Shown: positions 9,290 to 18,863 of the stretch, in pieces
Numbering within the stretch: position 1 is the stretch's first letter
Layout of the letters: every line of letters begins with the position of its first letter
From: Nitrosopumilales archaeon
GTDB taxonomy: Archaea > Thermoproteota > Nitrososphaeria > Nitrososphaerales > Nitrososphaeraceae
Length of the DNA stretch: 64,000 nucleotides
Assembly (NCBI GenBank): GCA_044507735.1
Contig: JBIQJB010000004.1
Coordinates: 33,083-97,082 of the forward strand
Reading direction: 5' to 3'
Made by a program: the position numbers and the translations under genes
Notes under the pieces: generated by a model
The model's input: only the letters and a program-made list of their open reading frames with translations
Databases searched by the model: none
What the model was told of the DNA's origin: nothing

Positions 9290-10229
9290 ATAGCATACGA
9301 TCTATTGCAAGCCTTGCCTTGGCTGCGACGTCCTTTGGAACCGTCACCTCATAGATGTCATGCGCAAGTGAGTTGTAGACCTTTTCCAGTGTGATCTGTT
9401 TCATGTATTTACATACCGCATCGCGCTTGATCGGGATAAACTGCTTGTCAGGGTTGTCCTTCTGCATGCGGTATAGTATGCCAGTTTCGGTCGCTACTAC
9501 AAACTGCTTTGCATCCGACGCTTTAGCATGTTTCATCATTCCTTCTGTAGACAAGATGTGTCCAGTCTTTGCAAGATCGCCCTTTGACATATGATACATC
9601 GTTGAAGAAGTGCAGCTACATTCTGGGTGGACCAAAAAGTCCGCATTCTTGAAAGTTGCAAGCATCTTGTTAATATCCTCTGCCTTTATGCCTGCATGCA
9701 CGTGGCATTCGCCGGGCCAGATGTACATGTTTTTCCGATTTGTCACTTCTGCAACGTACGACCCTAGGAACAAATCCGGCAAGAACAAAATTTCTCTATC
9801 CTTTGGTATGCTGTTTACAACCTTGACCGCGTTTGAAGAGGTGCAGCAATAATCAGACAGCGCCTTGACTGCTGCAGAAGTATTGACATAGCTTACCACA
9901 ACAGCATCAGGGTGCTCAGCCTTCCAATCCCGAAGCTCATTCTCATTGATGGTGGACGCAAGCGAACATCCTGCCTCCAGATCAGGAAGCAAGACCTTCT
10001 TTTCCGGGCATAGGATGGAGGCCGTCTCAGCCATAAAGTGGACACCACAGAATACTATAATGTCTGCGTCTGTCGCGGCTGCCGTCTTTGAAAGCATGAG
10101 TGAATCGCCTATAAAGTCAGCTACGTCCTGAACTTCTGGCAGCTGGTAGTTGTGCGCCAGAACCACTGCATTCTTCTTCTCCTTTAGCGTACGGATCTGA
10201 CGTCTGTAGTCAAGGTCTAGCATCGTCAT
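9279..10229 (-). CDS. nadA: Quinolinate synthase
   Basis: 'LAHNYQ', 'FCGVHFMAETA', 'AGCSLA', 'YVNTSAAVKA', 'CCTSSNA', 'GECHVH', 'HPEC', 'CKYMK'. Confidence 0.97.
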   Translation of the reverse strand: MTMLDLDYRRQIRTLKEKKNAVVLAHNYQLPEVQDVADFIGDSLMLSKTAAATDADIIVFCGVHFMAETASILCPEKKVLLPDLEAGCSLASTINENELRDWKAEHPDAVVVSYVNTSAAVKALSDYCCTSSNAVKVVNSIPKDREILFLPDLFLGSYVAEVTNRKNMYIWPGECHVHAGIKAEDINKMLATFKNADFLVHPECSCTSSTMYHMSKGDLAKTGHILSTEGMMKHAKASDAKQFVVATETGILYRMQKDNPDKQFIPIKRDAVCKYMKQITLEKVYNSLAHDIYEVTVPKDVAAKARLAIDRMLSIS

Positions 10230-10400
10230 GGCTTTTGATAAACAATGGATGATATAGATCCTCTACATTTAAAGTAGTACAATCTAGGACAGCGCTGCCT
10301 GAGAAGTTAAGATTGCAGGCAATACTTGCCACAATTGCAACCAGGGCTGCCGCGTCCATACAAATATAAATATTCAAGCACCAATCACGGCTGAAGATTA

Positions 10401-10583
10401 ATGCCAACACACGGATCGCTTACAAAGGCCGGGAAGGTAAGGGGCCAGACACCAAAAATCCAGGGAAAGCCGCGGTTAAGTCCTATCGCGAGATTGCGCA
10501 ACAAGGACAATTTTGTCAAGCGCTTTGAGAAAAAGAGGCTGCCCGGACAGAGAAAGCCTGAACGCCGCGGCGGCAGAAGGTAA
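10401..10583 (+). CDS. rps30e: 30S ribosomal protein S30e
   Basis: '[20 protein letters not shown]' signature. Confidence 0.96.
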   Translation: MPTHGSLTKAGKVRGQTPKIQGKPRLSPIARLRNKDNFVKRFEKKRLPGQRKPERRGGRR

Positions 10584-10618
10584 AAATCCTTCTCCTAACC
10601 TCCTTCTTTTATCGTTAT

Positions 10619-11446
10619 ATGCCAGAGAGAAAGGTCGGTCTACTGGGCTGTGGCACCATTGGAAGTCAGCTTGCTTTGGCAGTGGATTCACAGAAAGTGC
10701 CAAACGCTTCGATTGTGGCGCTCTTTGATATATATGAAAACAGCACCCAGAATCTGAAAAACAAGCTGAAGACAAATCCAACAGCGTATTCTGATTTTGG
10801 AGATTTCCTATCATCTGGTGCAGATATTGTAGTCGAGGCTGCTTCTCAAGAAGCGGTAAGAGCATTTGGCAAGACAGTACTAGAGGCAGGTAAAGACCTC
10901 ATGATAATGAGCGTCGGGGCACTTGCAGACAACAGTCTTCTTGAAGAGCTGTTGCAGAGCTCGTCAATGAAAGGGGGCAGGATTTATGTGCCTACAGGAG
11001 CAATAGCAGGAATAGACGCGATAAGAAGCGTCAAACATCTCCTTGAATCTGTTACACTTACCACTACGAAAAACCCAAAGGCACTGGCAGGAGCCCCTTT
11101 TTTTGAGACGAACAAGGTAAAGCTTGACAATATCGCAGAGAGTACAGTTATTTATGAAGGAACTGCAGTAGATGCAGTTAAGGCATTTCCTGCAAACGTA
11201 AATGTAGCGGCAGTGCTCAGCCTCGCAGGAATTGGAGTCGAAAAGACAAGAGTAAGGATAGTAGCAGACCCGCAGGCAACTACCAACCAGCATGAAATCG
11301 TTGCCAAGGGCAGTTTTGGAGAAATCAGGATAACAGTTAACAATGTGCCAAGCCCCGGAAACCCAAAGACCAGTTTCCTCGCAGTGCTTTCAGCCATAGA
11401 ATGTCTCCGATCGATCTGCGATCATGGCATGAGGATAGGTTCGTAG
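10619..11446 (+). CDS. nadX: L-aspartate dehydrogenase
   Basis: 'GLLGCGTIG', 'VVEAASQEAV', 'MSVGALAD', 'PTGAIAGID', 'FPANVNVAA', 'NPKTS'; next to nadA/nadC. Confidence 0.95.
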   Translation: MPERKVGLLGCGTIGSQLALAVDSQKVPNASIVALFDIYENSTQNLKNKLKTNPTAYSDFGDFLSSGADIVVEAASQEAVRAFGKTVLEAGKDLMIMSVGALADNSLLEELLQSSSMKGGRIYVPTGAIAGIDAIRSVKHLLESVTLTTTKNPKALAGAPFFETNKVKLDNIAESTVIYEGTAVDAVKAFPANVNVAAVLSLAGIGVEKTRVRIVADPQATTNQHEIVAKGSFGEIRITVNNVPSPGNPKTSFLAVLSAIECLRSICDHGMRIGS

Positions 11447-11496
11447 GCATACCGCTTCTTAATTTATATAGGGTTCGCACGTGCCAGTGCATACGT

Positions 11497-11769
11497 ATGA
11501 GTTACGGAAGAAGAAACGACAATTTCGGTCCGAAGCCAGTTGAAGCTGGCAAGGAATACGACGTACAGATCACGGAAATCAGCCGCAAAGGCGACGGTAT
11601 TGCAAGGATACAAGGATTTGTTATCTTTGTGAAGGACGGCAAGGTAGGTCAGAGCGCAAAGATCCGCATCAGTCAGATCGGACCAAGGTTCGCTACTGCC
11701 GAGCTTGTCGACAGTTCAACATCGGCAAGTACAACATCGGCAACTACAAGCGCGACGCCAACAAGTTAA
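11497..11769 (+). CDS. Single TRAM-domain RNA-binding protein
   Basis: 'PKPVEAGKEYDVQITEISRKGDGIARIQGFVIFV'; start moved to ATG 11497 downstream of TTTATA at ~11463; Ser/Thr-rich tail. Confidence 0.9.
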   Translation: MSYGRRNDNFGPKPVEAGKEYDVQITEISRKGDGIARIQGFVIFVKDGKVGQSAKIRISQIGPRFATAELVDSSTSASTTSATTSATPTS

Positions 11770-12078
11770 GTTACTGCGTTCTGACAGAAATGTTCGCAGT
11801 ACTTCTTTTTATTATTCCCACCATTCATAAGTTTCAGTTTTAAGAACTTGCTTTTGATGAGTTTCAATTCGTCCAAGTGCACAGCAAGCATTCAGAATAC
11901 AAAAGATGGCAGCCATAAGGCGCTAGAAAAAAGATTCTAAACTTTTGCCTCCGGAAACATCCACAGAAGTAGCTGCATTTTCACGTATAATGATGAGTAT
12001 TGCCAACGTCTTTACTAGCGGTTTGCTTCAATCCCAAAGGAATTTTTATCCGATTCTCCAATCTTCAATCGCTGCCGG

Positions 12079-12471
12079 ATGCGCAACAACATCATTGCCA
12101 TAGTGGCCATTTCCTTCATTACTGTAGGCGCACTATGGGGAATTGGCAGGTTATTGAATCCGCCTCCTCAGGAGAGGCTTCCTGTGGAGGATATTCTCCT
12201 GATAGCCCAGAGGAGCAGCTTCAACGAGACCAACCCCGACATACTTGTAAAAGTCAACCAGCCGATGAAGCTTATTGTGCGAAACGACGATGTTGTGACT
12301 CACGATCTGAGGATTGATGAACCGGAGAGCGGCGGAATAACGCCCATAAACACGGCACCACTTCGTGGCGGCCAGGATTTTCCCACAGCCATAGTGACTA
12401 CAAAGCCAGGTACGTACGAATACTATTGTTGGTACCACCCCGAGATGCGTGGCAAAATAATTGCGCAATAA
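12079..12471 (+). CDS. Membrane-anchored cupredoxin (blue copper) protein
   Basis: N-terminal TM/signal; T1-Cu ligands 'THDL' and 'YYCWYHPEM'. Confidence 0.85.
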   Translation: MRNNIIAIVAISFITVGALWGIGRLLNPPPQERLPVEDILLIAQRSSFNETNPDILVKVNQPMKLIVRNDDVVTHDLRIDEPESGGITPINTAPLRGGQDFPTAIVTTKPGTYEYYCWYHPEMRGKIIAQ

Positions 12472-12674
12472 AATAGTGCCAATACAGTATTGACACTTTG
12501 TGCAGATCGCTTGTCGCTGCATTCGACGAGTGCTCCATTGTGGAAATGTTGGCCAGGAACTCAATACTGTGGTGGAAGAAACTTGAGTGGTTCCATGTCT
12601 GGTGGGACTGCAAGTCGATCTCCTTGCTTAATTGAGGGTGGTACGGATCACAAACAGATTTCAGACCGCGTCGT

Positions 12675-13796
12675 TCAAAGAGCGCCGGGCACCTTGACGA
12701 TGGTCAAGACGTCCTCGTCTTCAAGCCTGTGATCGAGACCGACCTTTTGTCCTGCAAATTTTACGCTCTTGCCCCATACTAGTCCATAGCGGAAGTTCTT
12801 GACCATGTTGCGGTGAATCTTGTTGCACACATCCTGCACAGTAGATCCGCGCTTCATTATCATGGGCTCCTTGTAATCGGTTTCGCCTCCTTTTGGCTTC
12901 ATGTAGATCCTGATAAAGTCAAGCCTTTGGTACAATGCTTCTTTTAGCGCGTCGATGTTGATGTTTGCATCAGCAGATATTGGGATAAAGTTGTTCCCTA
13001 TTTTTGCTTGAACCTCTTGTACAAAACCTTTGTTCACCAAATCTATTTTGTTCAGTACAGTTAGCGATGGCACGTAAACGCGGTTACCGTTAAGCACATC
13101 GGTCAGCTGCTCATCCGTCAGGTCGGGTTCCCGGATTATGATACGCCCATTGTGTATGCCGTAAAGCCTAACGATTTCTTTGACAAGGCGTTCAGAGACC
13201 TTGATCGGAACCTGCGCGTGAACAGAAACACCTCCTATAGAGGTTTTCTCGATTACCACGTCGGGTCGCTTTTGGTCTACCTTGATGCCTGCCTCAGAGA
13301 GCTCCCTCTTCAAAATTTCTAGGTGGTGTGGTTGAAAAACATCAAGAACTATCAAGACAAGATCTGCGTTTCTTGCCACCGAAAGCACTCTCCTTCCAAA
13401 TCCTTTGCCGCTTGATGCACCTTCAATGATGCCGGGGAGGTCCAACACTTGGATACGCGCGCCACGGTATTCCATCATCCCCGGAACGGCCGTTAGAGTC
13501 GTAAAATGGTAAGAAGCTATTTTTGACTTTGCATTAGTTAGCCTATTCAAGAGAGTGGACTTGCCCACGCTTGGTAGTCCGATCAACACTATTGTTGCAT
13601 CACCCGCCTTTCTTACGTCAAACCCGATGTTTTCGCCACCAGTATGAACCGTCCTACCGTGGATGTTTTGCTCCTGTTCGCGCTTGAGCTTTGCAATCTT
13701 TGCTTTCAGAAGCCCGATGTGGAATTCGGTAGCCTTATTTATCTGGGTCCGATGTATCTGGTCCTGTATTTCCTTAATCTTCTCAGGAATACCCAA
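12675..13796 (-). CDS. drg: DRG/Rbg family GTPase (OBG superfamily) with TGS domain
   Basis: 'TQINKATEFHIGLLKAKIAKL', 'GLPSVGKST', 'FTTLT', 'DLPGIIEGA', 'NKID', TGS 'VWGKSVKFAGQKVG'. Confidence 0.94.
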   Translation of the reverse strand: MGIPEKIKEIQDQIHRTQINKATEFHIGLLKAKIAKLKREQEQNIHGRTVHTGGENIGFDVRKAGDATIVLIGLPSVGKSTLLNRLTNAKSKIASYHFTTLTAVPGMMEYRGARIQVLDLPGIIEGASSGKGFGRRVLSVARNADLVLIVLDVFQPHHLEILKRELSEAGIKVDQKRPDVVIEKTSIGGVSVHAQVPIKVSERLVKEIVRLYGIHNGRIIIREPDLTDEQLTDVLNGNRVYVPSLTVLNKIDLVNKGFVQEVQAKIGNNFIPISADANINIDALKEALYQRLDFIRIYMKPKGGETDYKEPMIMKRGSTVQDVCNKIHRNMVKNFRYGLVWGKSVKFAGQKVGLDHRLEDEDVLTIVKVPGAL

Positions 13797-14284
13797 AGGC
13801 TATCATATGGATATGTAAGACAAAGTGATAAAAACATTCAGTCGCCTCCACTTGTATGCTTTCGGAGACGAGTGTTCACGTATCTCTGACTAATGATCAC
13901 TATTCCATGCAGACGGAAGTCATGACGCTATGTCTCACCATCTCGACAGATGCCCATTGTTTGGAGGTCAAACCCGCTTGTCCTCTCTGTTGGGCGAAGG
14001 CTTTTTTTCACGTGAGCACACTCTAGATACATTGCCGTGAATCAACCAGGTTCGTCGCCCTTTTCCTGTTGTTGTATCCTGATTCTAGGATAAGTCCTAT
14101 TGTTTCTGTACCTTTCTAAAACTGCAGCTTAGAATTCGCCTGCTTACTTGGCCTTGCTTCCCCGTCAATTCTACCATCCCATATTCATCCAGAACCGCAT
14201 GGAGTTAGTTTTCATCGACTCCAGTACAACATCTAGATGCACCTGCAGGGAGGACTTGTCCATGCCTTGTCTCCAGGAGACATG

Positions 14285-14563
14285 TCAGCTTGCTTGTCGG
14301 GATAGCAAATTTCTAATGTATTCGTCAACCCTCTTAAGCATACGGTCATTACCGTCAAATATTTCCTGTAGTCTTGGGTCACTATATTGAATGTCAACAA
14401 ATTCGATGGTGTCGTCTTTCGCAAAATACTTGTACTTGAAGGTCGCTTTGGTCAACTTACCATCTTTGAGCTTGAAATCAAGAGAGATTTGTCCGTAAAC
14501 GTAAGTTGGCGGCATAGTGCAATTCTCTACTTGATGCGCAGGTATTGAGCTTTCGTTTGCCAT
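14285..14563 (-). CDS. Hypothetical protein
   Basis: Protein-like composition, co-oriented with the upstream gene; start may be ATG 14515. Confidence 0.6.
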   Translation of the reverse strand: MANESSIPAHQVENCTMPPTYVYGQISLDFKLKDGKLTKATFKYKYFAKDDTIEFVDIQYSDPRLQEIFDGNDRMLKRVDEYIRNLLSRQAS

Positions 14564-14589
14564 TTCCTCTATGCGTCACAACACTTGCC

Positions 14590-15675
14590 TCATTGGCCTG
14601 TTTCTTTCTTTTTTCTCTCCTTTGTTATCTTGATGAAAAATATCGATGCCCCGACCACTATCCCTGCTGCCAATGAACCATACATTGTTAGCACCGTAGG
14701 ATCTTGAAGCACCTCTATCGCTTCTCTTCCGGTGCTCATGCAATTCATCCGTAGACATTCTCGACCCAATGTTGGCTTGTCGCTGCATTCTTCCTCCTCC
14801 TCCTCCTCCTCCATCCCCAGTTCAATGCACTCTTGCAGGACTGCAGGAGCTAGTGATGATTGTGTCTTTGGTTGGAGTAATGAGCTATCAAGAGCAAGCA
14901 AGGTCAAGGAGGTAGTCTCCACATTGGTTTCGCTATCCGGAGTCATATCTGATACATAATGTGTATAAACTCCGCCAGTCTTTCTGTCCTGCATCTTTCC
15001 CAGTATTATTTCTCTTGCTTGCTCCATTACTTCGGTTTCCCCTGCGCCAATCAGATCATTTGCAATCTGCCATAACGCCACTTTGTAGGTGCTGTACCGA
15101 TTACCATCTGCCGCATATGCGGTATCTCGAAATCCTATTCCATCAAACATTTGAAGTGCCACCTGGTAGCATTCGGCACTCTGCTGATACTCCCCAATCT
15201 TGTAGTAGTGAATGGCTCTCAAGAACGCAATATCCGCATAATCAGCACATTGCAGTTCGCTGTCACCGGCAAAATCTGTAGACCAGATCTTGCCAGTTAT
15301 TTGCTTGTTTACAGGTGCTTGAAAGGACGTATTGTCTTTTCCCAGGATTGTACCATAGGCTGATCTGATCTTGGTATGATCTGCAAGATACTTCGAAATC
15401 GAATTCGTGATATTCTTGGAAATGGCGGGGGCATAATCTCTTAGAACTAGAGCTGCCAGTTCATTATCAGACCACAACCAGAACTTATCAATATGCTCGT
15501 TTTCCCTTACCAGCCCCAAGGAATAGTCGTACTGTGCAGCTATATAATGACGCGCTAAAGGAATATCAAAGACATCAGAGGACTGTCCGGCTCCTTGGGC
15601 TGGCGGAAGAAGCACTGGATAAAACAGCACAACTATGCAAATTAGTGAAAGGAAGTGAAGAAATGAACTATGCAA
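14590..15675 (-). CDS. Secreted, C-terminally anchored protein, possible alpha/alpha-toroid fold
   Basis: N-terminal signal peptide, aromatic-rich core ('FWLWSDNELAAL', 'YADIAFL', 'YSTYKVAL', 'TGGVYTHY', 'TNVETTS'), poly-Glu, C-terminal TM plus basic tail. Confidence 0.7.
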   Translation of the reverse strand: MHSSFLHFLSLICIVVLFYPVLLPPAQGAGQSSDVFDIPLARHYIAAQYDYSLGLVRENEHIDKFWLWSDNELAALVLRDYAPAISKNITNSISKYLADHTKIRSAYGTILGKDNTSFQAPVNKQITGKIWSTDFAGDSELQCADYADIAFLRAIHYYKIGEYQQSAECYQVALQMFDGIGFRDTAYAADGNRYSTYKVALWQIANDLIGAGETEVMEQAREIILGKMQDRKTGGVYTHYVSDMTPDSETNVETTSLTLLALDSSLLQPKTQSSLAPAVLQECIELGMEEEEEEEECSDKPTLGRECLRMNCMSTGREAIEVLQDPTVLTMYGSLAAGIVVGASIFFIKITKERKKKETGQ

Positions 15676-15972
15676 TTGCGGATAATAGGATCCAATATGA
15701 TACTAATGAAGATTCACTCCGGGTTAACAACATGTGTGTCGTTCTGCAGATTTCTGGTTCTCCCTCAGATACATTTCTTCGCTCGCTGCGTCGCATTTTT
15801 CTTCCATGGGATCAGAAGTTAGCGCTCAAAATCTACACCGTTCGTCGGTTGCGAATCTCTCCCATCGCAGCATATGCCTAAAGTAATCCTGTTCCCATAG
15901 TGCTAGTCAAAAGCCGTTGGTTGACACATCTAAAGTTGCGTTTATATTTTGTACATTATTGAGTCTGTCCGG

Positions 15973-16048
15973 GCTCCGGTGGTGTAGTCCGGTTAAGCAT
16001 TTCGCCCTCTCAAGGCGGAGATCCCGGGTTCAAATCCCGGCCGGAGCA
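15973..16048 (+). tRNA. tRNA-Glu (anticodon CTC)
   Basis: Acceptor GCTCCGG/CCGGAGC+A, anticodon arm TCGCC-CT CTC AA-GGCGG, T arm CCGGG-TTCAAAT-CCCGG; no intron, no encoded CCA; TTTATA box at ~15941. Confidence 0.96.
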
Positions 16049-16831
16049 CTTTTGCTTTACTTGGGCAAATGCCCAGATCCACGACAAGTGCACATTGAAG
16101 CTGCATATAATTCAAGTCGCTAGTAGGAGGGGTTGTGATCGTCATAGATAACTGCGCCAGCTCAATTCGCAGTGGTTGACGATTGTCTGTGCACGTATTA
16201 AGCGGGTTTGATTGAGTACAGATTTGCAAGAGTATGAAGAAACACGTGATCAAGATATATTGAGACTAAGAGGCTCTTGTGTGGTATACAAAATTTGACG
16301 CCGCCCCAGCAACCATTATTAATGATAGGTTTTCGGCCGTACATGTTCGAGTACTACCCTGATGCGCAATGCGAAACACAAGTCGATGCCGATTCTAGAA
16401 GGGCAAACAACTATCGCATCGTGTGGATACCATCACGATGCCAAGGAATGCACAGCAGATTTCAAGTCAAATGAATGTCTTTCTGTCAAATGGGTATTTC
16501 CGTTGTTTATCCTGCTTCCCGCCCCTCAATAAGTGTGAGTTGTGCTCCACCTTCCCGCATGACAGAGGCATCTTCATCGCCTGTACTGACCCACACGAAA
16601 ATCAATCTGACTCCCCATGCAGAATAATGACAATTCTCGTTAGCATGATAACCGCGATATGAGCATGGGTCCTGTTTGATGGTCTCTTAAGAGGCGCAAG
16701 ATTCGGCAGTCCGGTAAATTCTCTTCATTTTCTCTGCCCATTCACACGGGGCAGATAATAGGGGGACTGTTACGTCGTCATCATCTTGCAGCCTACGATA
16801 GAGAAACAGAGCGGCTAAAAAACCGTTATCT

Positions 16832-17026
16832 TTATTCTATGATATGGACGCTATGGAAGCCAGCTTTGCATTTTGGGCAAGCCGAGTGAACCCCCATGCA
16901 GTCGAGACAAAAATCTGCCGCGGCCAGAAACTCGGCCTCGTCGCCTCGGTAAAAGCAATTTTCGCAAAAGCGTTTTGCCAAGCTTGAACGATGCAGCACT
17001 TCGCGTGCCAATTTAACTTTTTCCAT
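16832..17026 (-). CDS. Small zinc-finger protein (3x CxxC)
   Basis: CENC, CLDC, CPKC plus His; probable start TTG 17011 right after the upstream stop. Confidence 0.6.
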   Translation of the reverse strand: MEKVKLAREVLHRSSLAKRFCENCFYRGDEAEFLAAADFCLDCMGVHSACPKCKAGFHSVHIIE

Positions 17027-17420
17027 CCTTTTTCTTCTTCTTCTTATTATTATTGTTCTTCTTCTTGACTGGCTTTTGCTTAATTGTCTGCATGACCTTG
17101 TCGCGGATCTTGTTCATATTGGCTTTTGGCGTCGTCGACAAGCAGAGTATCCCATTGTTAAGAGGAAAAGTCATGAGCGTGACCTTTTCGTGCTCGGTTA
17201 TGCTGTAACGCACCTTACCAAGCCGCCCGCTGTATGACTCTAACGTAGTGAGGTTCCAAAGCGACTGAATATACATCTGTTGTTCCTCAGTTTCGTTGAG
17301 TAGAGGCCGGACTCCCTGCTGGAAGCCGCCTTCGATAACCTCCCCCCTGCTGTTGACTATTCCAACAAAACGTATGTTGCGGTCAAGCTTGATAATTTTG
17401 TCGCAAAGGTTGCTCTGCAT
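17013..17420 (-). CDS. Thaumarchaeal roadblock/profilin-like protein (DUF6659-like)
   Basis: 'LCDKIIKLDRNIRFVGIVNSRGEVIEGG...LGKVRYSITEHEKVTLMTFP'; Lys/Asn low-complexity tail. Confidence 0.7.
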   Translation of the reverse strand: MQSNLCDKIIKLDRNIRFVGIVNSRGEVIEGGFQQGVRPLLNETEEQQMYIQSLWNLTTLESYSGRLGKVRYSITEHEKVTLMTFPLNNGILCLSTTPKANMNKIRDKVMQTIKQKPVKKKNNNNKKKKKKDGKS

Positions 17421-17674
17421 ATGTGTATATATGGTAATTGTTCGTGGGAATATAAAACGTTACAGTCCAGGCTGCTTTCCTCGTCATTGCCATCATTCTG
17501 CAATCCTTGTTTCCATGGAATGTCCCTCTCTGATATGAGCAGAATAGTGCAGATGCACCAGCTCGTTGATGTCTGCGTCCGTAAAGTATTTTGTTGAATA
17601 CCTTGCAAGCACAGTCTTACAATCAGAGCAATAGATCTCCTTGAAAGTCAACGTTTTGATTATCCCGATTCTGA

Positions 17675-18286
17675 TTATTCATTGTTTTGGCGATAATACT
17701 TATTTTCTATAAAGCGCATTTTCGATGCTTTGTAGTAGATAACTTCGCCCCTCCGCTCTATCACGGCCACCACCGCCTCCTTTCCCATCTTTTCTATCTG
17801 GTCAATTGCTTCCGCAAGATCCTTTGCCGTCATGTTGGTGCCCTCGTTTATCCCAAAAACCACATATTTTGCTGGCTTTTTTTCGTATTCGCCTCGCTCG
17901 TAGACACGAAAGTCGTTTCCAAATCCAAATCCTTCCTTTGCAACATAGCCCCTGCTGCGAAGATCGCGGTAGATTAGGAACTTGGTCATGATGTTCTTGT
18001 CATACTTTAGTTGCAGTTCAAACAATGAATGGAACGCCAAGTCGGGCTTGTTCTTGAGCACAAGTCGTTGTGTGTGCATCAGATAAAGCGCCTCGTACGG
18101 CTTGAGCACATAATGGTCTTCCTTTTCACCAAATCCCTTTGTGCGGAGCTCGTCCTGAAAGCGCGTCTCGTCAACGACTATCTTACCGCCGGCCGCAAGG
18201 CGCGCCTCTACTATCTGCGGCGACGCCTCGGCCTCGCCGGTTTTGCTGTCAGAAAATGGCGGCGCGCCGGCCGGAGCTGACGACAT
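17675..18286 (-). CDS. endA: tRNA-splicing endonuclease
   Basis: 'LKPYEALYL', 'IYRDLRSRGYVAKEGFGFGNDFRVYERG', 'VIYYK'; start likely ATG 18286. Confidence 0.88.
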   Translation of the reverse strand: MSSAPAGAPPFSDSKTGEAEASPQIVEARLAAGGKIVVDETRFQDELRTKGFGEKEDHYVLKPYEALYLMHTQRLVLKNKPDLAFHSLFELQLKYDKNIMTKFLIYRDLRSRGYVAKEGFGFGNDFRVYERGEYEKKPAKYVVFGINEGTNMTAKDLAEAIDQIEKMGKEAVVAVIERRGEVIYYKASKMRFIENKYYRQNNE

Positions 18287-18341
18287 AACGATTAAATCAC
18301 AGCAAACTTCCACATTTAAGTATTCAAATTTAGGGATTGAA

Positions 18342-18863
18342 ATGAAAGGAGTTAATTACCGTGAGACTCGCGGGATGCCGTACGTAAGACGAGAATATAT
18401 TGCAGGCAAACCCCAAATCAAGATTGCAAGGTTTTCCTCTGGACAGGCTAGCAACAATTACGACTACAAGCTGGAATTGCTTGCAACCGAAAAGCTGCAG
18501 ATAAGGCACAACGCCTTAGAAGCAGCCAGGCTAGCTGCCAATAAGAGAATGGCCACCGCTGGAGAAATGTCCTTCTTCTCGATGCTCAGAGTATACCCAC
18601 ACGTAGTCCTCAGGGAGAACAAGATGATCGCCACAGCAGGTGCGGACCGTCTTCAGGAAGGCATGAGGCGCGCTTTTGGAAAGGCAACCGGCCTTGCGGC
18701 GAGGGTCGTGCCAGGGCAGGTTCTGTTGGAAGCTCATGTGACCGCAGCGAATCTGAAGCTCGCAAAGGAAGGGTTCAAGGTTGCCTCTAGCAAGCTTGGA
18801 TGCCCGACTACAGTTAGAGTGACTCCACTAAAAGAACAAGTATTGGTTGCCGAAGAAGACTAG
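18342..18863 (+). CDS. rpl10e: 50S ribosomal protein uL16 (L10e)
   Basis: 'QIRHNALEAARLAANK', 'RVYPHVVLRENKMIATAGADRLQEGMRRAFGK'; start ATG 18342. Confidence 0.96.
   Translation: MKGVNYRETRGMPYVRREYIAGKPQIKIARFSSGQASNNYDYKLELLATEKLQIRHNALEAARLAANKRMATAGEMSFFSMLRVYPHVVLRENKMIATAGADRLQEGMRRAFGKATGLAARVVPGQVLLEAHVTAANLKLAKEGFKVASSKLGCPTTVRVTPLKEQVLVAEED

Noticed and set aside
15917-16253. ORFs overlapping the tRNA
   Set aside because: Translations of tRNA-Glu sequence, not genes.
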